In this document: piece by piece, positions 53,126-61,526 of the stretch
Position numbering within the stretch: the first letter of the stretch is position 1
Layout: every line of letters begins with the position of its first letter
Assembly (NCBI GenBank): GCA_963662795.1
Contig: OY759746.1
Coordinates: forward strand, 1,792,001 to 1,856,000
Reading direction: 5' to 3'
Length of the DNA stretch: 64,000 nucleotides
Origin: Spirochaetia bacterium
Lineage (GTDB): Bacteria > Spirochaetota > Spirochaetia > CADAEX01
Program-made: the position numbers and the translations under genes
Notes under the pieces: model-generated
Told to the model about the DNA's origin: nothing
The model's database searches: none
What the model saw: only the letters and a program-made list of their open reading frames with translations

Positions 53126-54496
53126 ATGGAAGCGTTAAGTAAATTCGTTTCAATCATCGGTTCATTTGCCTGGGGGCCGATTATGATCGTCCTGTTGTTC
53201 ATGACTGGTCTTATCCTGTCTGTCGGGACTAAAATTGTCCAGTACCGAAAGCTGGGATATGCATTCAAACTGCTGTTTACCAAAGATGCCGATGCAGAAG
53301 GGGACATAAGCCCGTTTGCTGCACTGATGACAGCATTGGCCGCCACAATCGGAACAGGTAATATTGCCGGCGTTGCGACTGCAATTGCAGTAGGCGGACC
53401 AGGAGCTGTTTTCTGGATGTGGGTAACCGCAATACTCGGCGGAGCTACTAAATTCTCTGAAGCAGTACTGGCAGTCAAATACCGTGTAACTGATGAAAAG
53501 GGTGAAAAATCAGGCGGCCCGATGTATTACGCAAGCAAGGGTATGGAAGAAAAATTCGGCGGCAACTGGAAATGGCTTGGATTCCTTTTTGCGCTGTTTG
53601 CCTTCCTGGCTTCATTCGGTATCGGAAACATGGTACAGTCCAATTCGGTCGCAGCATCTCTTCAGCAGTCAATTGGACTGGCTCCATACATATCTGGTAT
53701 AGTTATCGCTATTGCAACCGGACTTGTAATTATCGGAGGAATCAAGAGCATAGGAAAAACAGCTGAAAAGATTGTTCCAATTATGGCTATTATTTATGTA
53801 CTTGGCTCACTCTGGGTAATTTTCGCAAACATTACATTCCTTCCGAGAGCATTCGGATGGATCTTCGGAAATGCATTTAACGCAAAAGCTGTAGGCGGCG
53901 GGTTCCTTGGAACTGTAGTCCGCATGGGTGTTGCAAGAGGTATTTTTTCTAATGAAGCCGGTCTTGGAAGCGCTCCTATCGCTCATGCCGCTTCAAAGAC
54001 AAGCGATCCGATCCGCCAGGGTATAATTGCCTCCCTCGGATCATTCCTTGATACAATAGTAGTCTGCAGCATGACAGCTCTTGTAATTTTAATCTCACCG
54101 ATAGTAAATATCGGAGCTGACGGTTTGATGGTAGTCAAGGACGGCCTTAACGGCGCGGCCCTTACCACAGCTGCCTACAGCGCAAGCCTTCCTGTAGTTG
54201 GACAGTACATCGTAAGTTTCGGTCTGATATTCTTTGCATACTCAACAATACTCGGCTGGTACTATTATGGTTACAAATCATTTGAATACCTTGTAGGCGT
54301 AAAAATCGCCTCATTCTACAAATGGGTATGGGTAGCGCTTGTTTATATCGGTGCGGTAATTCCACTCAGTTTTGTATGGGATTTTTCAGACGCATTCAAT
54401 GGACTGATGGCTATCCCCAACCTTGTCGCTCTTATCGGTTTGAGCTCGGTTGTATTCGGCATGCTGAAAGAATATGAAGTGAAAATGAAAAAATAG
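53126..54496 (+). CDS. Alanine/glycine:cation symporter (AGCS family)
   Basis: IGTGNIAGVA, GGPGAVFWMW, GGPMYY, RGIFSNEAGLGS, DTIVVC. Confidence 0.95.
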   Translation: MEALSKFVSIIGSFAWGPIMIVLLFMTGLILSVGTKIVQYRKLGYAFKLLFTKDADAEGDISPFAALMTALAATIGTGNIAGVATAIAVGGPGAVFWMWVTAILGGATKFSEAVLAVKYRVTDEKGEKSGGPMYYASKGMEEKFGGNWKWLGFLFALFAFLASFGIGNMVQSNSVAASLQQSIGLAPYISGIVIAIATGLVIIGGIKSIGKTAEKIVPIMAIIYVLGSLWVIFANITFLPRAFGWIFGNAFNAKAVGGGFLGTVVRMGVARGIFSNEAGLGSAPIAHAASKTSDPIRQGIIASLGSFLDTIVVCSMTALVILISPIVNIGADGLMVVKDGLNGAALTTAAYSASLPVVGQYIVSFGLIFFAYSTILGWYYYGYKSFEYLVGVKIASFYKWVWVALVYIGAVIPLSFVWDFSDAFNGLMAIPNLVALIGLSSVVFGMLKEYEVKMKK

Positions 54497-54520
54497 GGTT
54501 AAGACTTTAATCCTTAACAG

Positions 54521-54570
54521 AAGGAGACAGGCAGAATTCCTTAATACAGGAAAGATCCTGTCTCCTTTTT
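54521..54570 (+). terminator. Intrinsic terminator
   Basis: AAGGAGACAGG...CCTGTCTCCTTTTT. Confidence 0.65.
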
Positions 54571-54781
54571 ATTATCATTACTTTTAGGGCAGTAACGCAT
54601 GCTGCCGGGAAATAAAAATAAAAAATAATGCTAAAAATAAAAACCGGTGTATAATTACCTATTAATCATAATCGGCAGAGTATGTTTCGGCTGCCTGCGG
54701 ATATAGTATTTTTACTTAACCACATTGCCTGTTTAAACCTGAAATGAAGCAGTAATGCAGAAAGGGATGTAATATCCTGTT

Positions 54782-55801
54782 GTGGCAGGAATTATATCAG
54801 ACGGAAAAGATATAAAAGTACGCATTCCCTATTCAAGAGAAGCTGTATTAAAACTTCATCAAATTGGCGGAGGCAGATGGAATCCGGAAGAAAAAGTATG
54901 GATTTTCAGCTACAGCAGGGAAAAAGATGCTTTAATCAGGAAGAATATCGGCCCGATATCCTTTTTACCGGATATTGAAACAGAGATTGTAAAACTGAAA
55001 AAAGAACTTGCCTTGAGGGGATACAGCCCTAAAACAGAAAAAGCCTATATAAGTCATGTTGAAAAGCTGCTTAAATTCTGCCGCTCAGAATGGCTCACAC
55101 CAAACCATAAAACCACAGATAAATTTCTATTGGAATTATGTTCAGGCCTAAAGTTGTCCGGCAGTTTCATGAATCAGTTTACATCATCGATAAAATTTTA
55201 TTTCAATAATTGTCTCGGCCGTCCTGATGAAGCAATGCTTCTTCACCGGTATAAAATCGGAAAAAAACTTCCCCCTGTTTTAAGCAAAACTGAGGTTGCG
55301 CTGCTTCTTGATTCTGTAATAAACCTTAAACATAAAACTATTCTGTCGGTAATCTATTCTTCAGGTCTTAGAATAAGTGAAGTGATAAATCTGAAACCGG
55401 GAGATATTGATTTTGATACAATGAATATTCATGTCAGGCAGGGAAAAGGAAGAAAAGACCGCATAACAGTTCTTTCAAGAAAGGCCGCCCAACTGATTTC
55501 ATTGTACAGAGAAGAATATCTTCCTTCTGTCTGGCTGTTCCCCGGACAGATCCAGAGCAGGCACATAAGTGTAAGAAGCGTTGAGGCTGTTTTTGGACGG
55601 GCATTGCTCAAATCCGGAATTGAAAAAGCTGCAACCGTACATACCCTAAGGCATTCTTTTGCAACCCATTTGCTGGAAGGCGGAACAGATATCCGCTATA
55701 TTCAGCAACTCCTCGGGCATAAAAACCTTAGCACAACCCAGATATATACTCATGTATCAAGCTGGAAACTGAAAAATATAGTCAGCCCGCTTGATTGCTG
55801 A
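54782..55801 (+). CDS. Integron-like tyrosine recombinase (SAM-like N-domain; lacks IntI I2 insertion)
   Basis: LRGYSPKTEKAY (SAM_4-like), SGLRISE, GKGRKDR, HTLRHSFATHLLE, LLGH, TTQIYTH; complete catalytic set; sits directly upstream of the cassette array. Confidence 0.9.
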   Translation: MAGIISDGKDIKVRIPYSREAVLKLHQIGGGRWNPEEKVWIFSYSREKDALIRKNIGPISFLPDIETEIVKLKKELALRGYSPKTEKAYISHVEKLLKFCRSEWLTPNHKTTDKFLLELCSGLKLSGSFMNQFTSSIKFYFNNCLGRPDEAMLLHRYKIGKKLPPVLSKTEVALLLDSVINLKHKTILSVIYSSGLRISEVINLKPGDIDFDTMNIHVRQGKGRKDRITVLSRKAAQLISLYREEYLPSVWLFPGQIQSRHISVRSVEAVFGRALLKSGIEKAATVHTLRHSFATHLLEGGTDIRYIQQLLGHKNLSTTQIYTHVSSWKLKNIVSPLDC

Positions 55802-55878
55802 AGCTGAATTCTACGCATAACTGCAGATAAAATTAAATAAATAATTATATCTGCAGTTGTTCATCTATAGTCTTTGAA

Positions 55879-55906
55879 TTGATGTATTACGTATGTATGA
55901 TACAAT
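55879..55906 (+). promoter_or_regulatory. Candidate cassette promoter (Pc-like)
   Basis: TTGATG-16 bp-TACAAT with an extended TG, about 45 bp upstream of the first GTT crossover. Confidence 0.4.
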
Positions 55907-55931
55907 CTAGGCTAAGCTAAAGCAAAGAATC

Positions 55932-55957
55932 ACAACTGCAACTACTAGGAGTTATAC
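55932..55957 (+). other. attI-like primary recombination site
   Basis: GCAACT-ACTAGG-AGTTATAC. GTTATAC (55951) is the exact complement of GTATAAC (56868) that closes cassette 1. No attC hairpin precedes it. Confidence 0.7.
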
Positions 55958-56110
55958 GAAAAACCGCGCCAAGAGGCTACAATTTCGCCCCGGGGAAACG
56001 GGAAAAGCCAGGCGTCCTGCCTGGCTTAAGAAAGAAATAACAGAAAATGGTAATAATTTTTAAAAGTGTGAATTTTGTAGTTTTGGAATAGCTTCAGTTC
56101 TTGAATAGAT

Positions 56111-56139
56111 TTGACTTACACAGCAATATGTGTTAAAAT
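56111..56139 (+). promoter_or_regulatory. vapBC sigma70-type promoter with palindromic operator
   Basis: TTGACT-17 bp-TAAAAT; ACACA...TGTGT inverted repeat in the spacer. Confidence 0.65.
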
Positions 56140-56166
56140 GTACACAAAAGGATTGAGGAGAAAAAT

Positions 56167-56367
56167 ATGGCTACAAACCTTGCAATTGATGATAAATTAT
56201 TAATACTTGCCCAGGGTATTGCTGGAATAAAGACAAAGAAGGATACAGTAAACCTTGCGCTTAAAGAGTTTATTCAGAGAAGAAAACAGGAAGAAATTAT
56301 AGATATTTTTGGCAAAATAGAGTTTGCAGAAGATTATGACTATAAACAAATGAGAAATAGAAAATGA
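56167..56367 (+). CDS. vapB: VapB-family antitoxin (cassette 1)
   Basis: MATNLAIDDKLL...TKKDTVNLALKEFI pattern; overlaps the toxin start. Confidence 0.88.
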   Translation: MATNLAIDDKLLILAQGIAGIKTKKDTVNLALKEFIQRRKQEEIIDIFGKIEFAEDYDYKQMRNRK

Positions 56368-56789
56368 AAATACTTGTAGATACTTCTGTCTGGTCATTGG
56401 CATTAAGGAAGAAAACACTCACAAAGGAAGAGGATAAAATTGTAAGAGAATTAAAGGAATTAATTTATGAACTTAGGGTCATGATAATGGGGCCTATAAG
56501 GCAGGAATTATTATCCGGCTTATCAGATGATGAAAAGTTTAAGATATTAAAGGAAAAATTAAAATCATTTGAAGATATAGAATTGAATCAGGAAGATTAT
56601 GAGAAAGCAGCTGAGATATCGAATAGTTGTAGAAAGAAAGGAATCCAAGGATCACATATAGATTTTTTAATATCAGCAGCAGCATTGAATAGAAATATAA
56701 GTATTTTTACAACAGATAAAGATTTTGAAAATTATAAAAAAATATTAAGTTTGAAATTGCATAAAGTAAGAGAAGAAATAAACAAGTAA
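56364..56789 (+). CDS. vapC: VapC PIN-domain toxin (cassette 1)
   Basis: LVDTSVW, QELLSG, DFLI, FTTDKDF acidic PIN residues. Confidence 0.9.
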   Translation: MKILVDTSVWSLALRKKTLTKEEDKIVRELKELIYELRVMIMGPIRQELLSGLSDDEKFKILKEKLKSFEDIELNQEDYEKAAEISNSCRKKGIQGSHIDFLISAAALNRNISIFTTDKDFENYKKILSLKLHKVREEINK

Positions 56790-56867
56790 AAGGAAAAGAC
56801 CCGCTTTCGTACGTCCTGTACGAAAGCGAAGAGGGGCGAAATTAAGAAAAAGAAGGCGCGGTTCATC

Positions 56868-57050
56868 GTATAACAGCGGATGTTCGGTTTCGGCTGGCGG
56901 GGAGTAAATTATCAAGAAACCCAGCCTTCACCCAAATTGCCTGTCCTATAACCATTTTGATAATTTAAAATATTACGGAAGAGTTTAATCAATAGCTGTA
57001 TAATGCAATTGAATAATCAGGCAACTTCGATCATCCGCGGGACGTTATTT
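56868..57050 (+). other. attC-like site 1 (183 bp)
   Basis: GTATAAC-A-GCGGATG...CATCCGC-GGGAC-GTTATTT. Confidence 0.8.
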
Positions 57051-57305
57051 GCAATACCGCAGATTAGTGATTATGAATTATCTAATTTAGTTCGTGTTTG
57101 TTCAAACATTCCGTGCCCAAGAGGAGCCCGGCGTCCTGCCGGGCTTAAGAAGAATTATAAAATCTTAAACTTACAATAATAAATAGGGAAAATGCTTTTA
57201 GATATTTATTGTAAACTTTTCCAGCAATGTAATAATTATAAAATGAATAATAAAAAGATTGGATCTGGTGTTAAATATTAATAAGAATAAAGGGTAGGTA
57301 ATTTT

Positions 57306-57665
57306 ATGGATAAGTATTTTGAAAGTAAAATAAACAGTAGTATAACAGATCGAAAAAAACTTCATGAAAGATTTGTAAAAGGTTGTAAAACCTATAAAAG
57401 CTTTCTAGAGCTTGAGGAAAGAGCATTTTCTGATAGTGCTTTATCAAGAAAAGTAAAAGAATTAATGGCATTATCAATATCAATAGTAACCAAGTGTGAA
57501 CCTTGCATAGAATGGCATGTGCAACAAGCTTTACTTCAAGGAGCTACAGATGAAGAAATATATGAAACAATAGATGTTTCAATAGAAATGGGAGGAGGAC
57601 CAGCAGGAGCATATGCAAGGTATGCGCTTAATGCAATGGATTATCATAGAGCAAATAAAAGATAA
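57306..57665 (+). CDS. Carboxymuconolactone decarboxylase / AhpD-like protein (cassette 2)
   Basis: ALSRKVKELMALSISIVTKCEPCIEWH (CxxC), GAT.EEI.E, MGGGP. Confidence 0.9.
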   Translation: MDKYFESKINSSITDRKKLHERFVKGCKTYKSFLELEERAFSDSALSRKVKELMALSISIVTKCEPCIEWHVQQALLQGATDEEIYETIDVSIEMGGGPAGAYARYALNAMDYHRANKR

Positions 57666-57946
57666 AAAATGAAATATTGAGATAAACCATTAAAGAATTA
57701 AGCTCCACGATGAAGGAGAGACGATATATTTACAAAAAAAATAAAGCTGTAAGTAGAAAAGTAGTAAATATATGAATATAGGATGAAAATAAAAAGTAAA
57801 TTATTGACTTAAAATAGATAAGAGTGTTATTTGGTACTGCCATGTAAAAAGTATGGGGAGCGCCCCGTTTTCGCCGTCCTGGCTCAAACGGGAAGAAGGG
57901 CACGGGAGGAGGAAGGAAAAGAGGGAATAAATAATTGCGGTACTGC

Positions 57947-58138
57947 AAATAACAGCGATTATTTCGCTGCGCTCCCTGTGGTCGCTTGGGCTCCTGCCAG
58001 TTGAGCTGGCAGATCGCCATATTTTGTTTTCATAAAACCGGAACAACATGTGTTTTATGCTCTTCAAGTTTGTAAAAACTAAATAAAAATATTTTAGAGT
58101 TTAGCCACAAAACATCGAATAATCGCGAGACGTTATCC
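57947..58138 (+). other. attC-like site 2 (192 bp)
   Basis: AAATAAC-A-GCGATTATTTCG...CGAATAATCGC-GAGAC-GTTATCC. Confidence 0.82.
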
Positions 58139-58233
58139 ACAATGCCCCCACAAGATGCAATCGCCCGGACCTCCGGCCGACGGGCGAGGATATGTTGTAC
58201 TAGGTAAGATTTTATTCACTAAAAGGAGTAAAA

Positions 58234-59025
58234 ATGCTATTACCAAATATTGATGAATTAAGAAATCAAAATACGATTTGGCACTATACAAAAGTTGATT
58301 ATGCAATAAAATACATATTGTATGAACTGAAATTACGTCTTTCGCCCGTGGCAAAAAGTATTGATCCAATAGAAAATAGTGGACATGGTATTAATTATTC
58401 TAATTTCAACAAACAAGAAGAAATATCAGATTTTGCCCGTGAATTACGTAATAAATATATTAAACAGTCTCAAAATGTTAAGCAACTATCATTTTGCATG
58501 AATGAATATGCTGATAATAAAATGCATAAAATTGATAAATATGGTTTTATAAAACCTAGAATGTGGGATCAATATGGTGATCATTATAAAGGGGTTTGTT
58601 TTGGTTTTGATAAAAAAAAATTAAAAATCAATGAGGAAAAACAAGTTGCAGGAAAAGTTGTATATTACACATATGATGAATTTATTGGAATTGAGCATTT
58701 TTCAATAAATGCACAAATAACACCAGATATTAATATTTCAGAACCAGAATATATTCAGAATCTTAGTAAGAAATTTAATCAATTATTTTTTAAAAAGCAT
58801 ATTGATTATATTGGTGAAAATGAATACCGAATTATATCGTTTAGCGAAACTGATTTTGATTATATAGATATCGAAAAATCAATTAATTGTATTATAATTT
58901 CAGGTTTTGTAGAATCAAACTATGATTATAGGGTATTAAGAAAGTATGCAAAAAAATTAAACATACCACTTATTCAAATATTATGGATCGGAACAAGTAT
59001 TGATATACAAAGAATAGAAAAATAA
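58234..59025 (+). CDS. DUF2971-like protein (cassette 3)
   Basis: WHYT, DPIE, MWDQYGDHYKGVCFGFD, K...Y..ENEYRII. Confidence 0.75.
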   Translation: MLLPNIDELRNQNTIWHYTKVDYAIKYILYELKLRLSPVAKSIDPIENSGHGINYSNFNKQEEISDFARELRNKYIKQSQNVKQLSFCMNEYADNKMHKIDKYGFIKPRMWDQYGDHYKGVCFGFDKKKLKINEEKQVAGKVVYYTYDEFIGIEHFSINAQITPDINISEPEYIQNLSKKFNQLFFKKHIDYIGENEYRIISFSETDFDYIDIEKSINCIIISGFVESNYDYRVLRKYAKKLNIPLIQILWIGTSIDIQRIEK

Positions 59026-59135
59026 TATTAAAAACAAAGAAATCTAATTTATGCAAGGATAATAATTGCCTGACAGTAAATAAAGTCCAGCCTTGGCTCC
59101 GCCGTGCGGCTTGGACAAGAAGTGGGGGCACTGGT

Positions 59136-59306
59136 GGATAACAGAGGATAATTCGCTGCGCTCGGAGTACCTCGCTTGGCCTGCGGCATATTTTGCTAGC
59201 ATTAAAGCAGTTCATATTCTATTTTACCCTATTTAAATATATTTCCCAAGACTATTACGTTGAAAATGGTTTTAGCAAAACATCGCTTATCCGCGGGACG
59301 TTATCC
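59136..59306 (+). other. attC-like site 3 (171 bp)
   Basis: GGATAAC-A-GAGGATAA...TTATCCGC-GGGAC-GTTATCC. Confidence 0.8.
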
Positions 59307-59424
59307 ACAATGCCCCCACAAGATGCAATCGCCCGGACCTCCGGCCGACGGGCGAGGATATGCAGTAGGAGTAATATACAGTATAATAGTATATGTTAGA
59401 AGAACCATTCGGGCAGAGGAAGAA

Positions 59425-59982
59425 ATGAAAAGAGAACAATTTTTTATATTGATTTTGTCAATATTACTTATTTCCTGCACAAAGATGGAAAACGATGTAA
59501 TTCTATTAGTTCCATATAGTCAACAAGAAAAATTAATTAACTATTTTACTAAAGCCAGTATTAAAGTAAAAATTGATAATTCTTTGATGACAATTTCTTC
59601 TCCTACTGATAATGTATTATTAAACCTTCTTGATTTTCTATTTACCAATATATATTTGAATAAAAGTAATTTAAATAATTCAACTACCACAAGAACTCAA
59701 GATGGATCATATTATAAAAGAAAATATCTTGAAATACTTCCTAATTTAAAATACATAATAAGGGATGATTTGAGTAGTCCAAAGGCAGTATATGACCCAA
59801 CACATCCTGATGCAATTAAAGAAGGTAAAGACAAAGGATATGTATATTATCCAAATATAATTATAGATGATGAGGAAAATGATCTTATCAATAATGTATT
59901 TTTATATAATTCAATTCTTGAATACTTAAAAAGTAGAAACATACCAGTTATGTCTATAGAAATTGATCCAAATAATATATGA
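59425..59982 (+). CDS. Lipoprotein with FlgC-like (flagellar rod) domain (cassette 4)
   Basis: Start MKREQFF with lipobox LLISC; SNLNNSTTTRTQDGSYYKRK and VYDPTHPDAI..G...GYVYYPNI match FlgC motifs. The upstream extension in the ORF track reads through repeat DNA. Confidence 0.75.
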   Translation: MKREQFFILILSILLISCTKMENDVILLVPYSQQEKLINYFTKASIKVKIDNSLMTISSPTDNVLLNLLDFLFTNIYLNKSNLNNSTTTRTQDGSYYKRKYLEILPNLKYIIRDDLSSPKAVYDPTHPDAIKEGKDKGYVYYPNIIIDDEENDLINNVFLYNSILEYLKSRNIPVMSIEIDPNNI

Positions 59983-60041
59983 TGAGTATCATAAATATTT
60001 CTGAAATTGATAGAAATTAATGTTTTTTAAATACAAAAAGA

Positions 60042-60161
60042 CTTCTAACTACTTTTACCTGATGTTTTCTTTGTTACATTTTGTACTGTCGCTTCGCTTC
60101 TGACGCACAAAATGCGCCAAGCCCTTCGGGCACGAAAATACAGATTAAGCAAATGTAAAAT
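60042..60161 (+). other. Degenerate classical-type attC nested within cassette 4
   Basis: CTTCTAAC-tactt-TTACCTG...CAGATTAA-gcaaat-GTA. CTTCTAAC is the exact complement of GTTAGAAG at 59395, upstream of the gene. Confidence 0.6.
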
Positions 60162-60247
60162 TCCAATTACTTAAACAAGGAAATAAGGGAAGAAGTCCGG
60201 CCTTGGCTTCCAGCCGTGCGGCCCGGACAAGAAGTGGGGGCACTGGT

Positions 60248-60439
60248 GGATAACAGCGATTATTTCGCTGCGCTCCCTGTGGTCGCTTGGGCTCCTGCCA
60301 GTTGAGCTGGCAGATCGCCATATTTTGTTTTCATAAAACCGGAAGAACATGTGTTTTATGCTTTTCAGGTTTGAAAAAACCAAATAAAAGTATTTTAGAG
60401 TTTAGCCACAAAACATCGAATAATCGCGAGACGTTATCC
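60248..60439 (+). other. attC-like site 4 (192 bp), near-identical to site 2
   Basis: About 6 substitutions relative to 57950-58138 by manual comparison. Confidence 0.85.
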
Positions 60440-60531
60440 ACAATGCCCCCACAAGAAGACACCGCCCGGACCTCCGGCCGACGGGCGAAGAGAATTGAAT
60501 ACCAATTAAACTACTTAAAAAAGGTAAATAT

Positions 60532-61434
60532 ATGAATGGATTAAATGAAAAAAGTATTTTATTCAAACATTTAGAGGACAATTCTTTACATACGATAAAT
60601 GAATTATATCATTATACAACAATAGAAAATTTCTACAAAATTATTGAAACTAAAACATTTTATATTTTTAATTCTTATCAAATGAATGATTATAAAGAAA
60701 ACTATGTATTGATCGAAAAACTCAAGGAATATTTAAAAAATAGAAATGATATTCCAGAGGATTATCTGAATAAACTTGATGAAACCATAAAGATAAAGTT
60801 TAGATTGAATACACCATATGTGTTTTGTTTAACTGAATTAAATGATTCGTTATCACAATGGAGAGCTTATGGAAATGATGGAAAAGGAATTTGTTTTAAA
60901 ATAGACAGTAAAAAGTTACAAATGAAATATCGTCTGCCTTTTACAGGCGCAGAAAAAGATAATAATTTATCATTACACAATGTAATTTATAATAATGAAG
61001 AGATTAAAAATATCATTGAGAATATTATCAATCAAAGTATTGATTTTGCAAAAACTCGAGATGAAAATATTAGAAATATAGTCTTTGCTGAAACAGCATG
61101 TGCTTTAATGGTAAGATTTAACCCAGTAGTAAAATTAAATGAATTTAAAGAAGAGAAAGAATGGAGAATTATTTACAATCCGGTCTGTATAAAAACCGAC
61201 GGCATTCCATTTAATACTTTAGATAATAATAAAGATATTGGATTTTTAATAACAAATAATAATTTGAGATCTTATTTTAAAATATCATTTACAAGTGATG
61301 AATTTAAAGATATTATTTCTGCTATTTATATTGGTCCTAAAAGTAGAGTAGACGATTATGAAATGCGAATATTATTAGATATTAATGCATTAAAGAATAC
61401 AGAAATATATCGTTCAAATATTCCATATAGATAA
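60532..61434 (+). CDS. DUF2971-domain protein (cassette 5)
   Basis: LYHYT, MNDYKE, DSLSQWRAYGNDGKGIC, FKEEKEWRI, IYIGP, SNIPYR. Confidence 0.85.
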   Translation: MNGLNEKSILFKHLEDNSLHTINELYHYTTIENFYKIIETKTFYIFNSYQMNDYKENYVLIEKLKEYLKNRNDIPEDYLNKLDETIKIKFRLNTPYVFCLTELNDSLSQWRAYGNDGKGICFKIDSKKLQMKYRLPFTGAEKDNNLSLHNVIYNNEEIKNIIENIINQSIDFAKTRDENIRNIVFAETACALMVRFNPVVKLNEFKEEKEWRIIYNPVCIKTDGIPFNTLDNNKDIGFLITNNNLRSYFKISFTSDEFKDIISAIYIGPKSRVDDYEMRILLDINALKNTEIYRSNIPYR

Positions 61435-61526
61435 TTATTTGTATAGGTAGAATAATTAACTGACTGTTTATGAAGTCCGGCCTTGGCTTCCAGCCGTGCG
61501 GCCGGACAAGAAGTGGGGGCACTGGT

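Noticed and set aside
54782-55801. Integrase as XerC/XerD or a prophage integrase
   Set aside because: No phage genes or tRNA attachment site; it is directly followed by a GTT-bounded cassette array.
58190-59075. Nested classical cassette in cassette 3 (CTAGGTAA...TTGCCTGAC)
   Set aside because: The match is too short and degenerate, and no inner attC hairpin follows.
57730-60535. Small ORFs 57730-58020, 57801-58067, 58970-59215, 59193-59399, 60171-60383, 60287-60535 and the 5' extension 59260-59424
   Set aside because: They are translations of the attC-like and shell repeats; their shared peptides simply reflect the DNA repeats.
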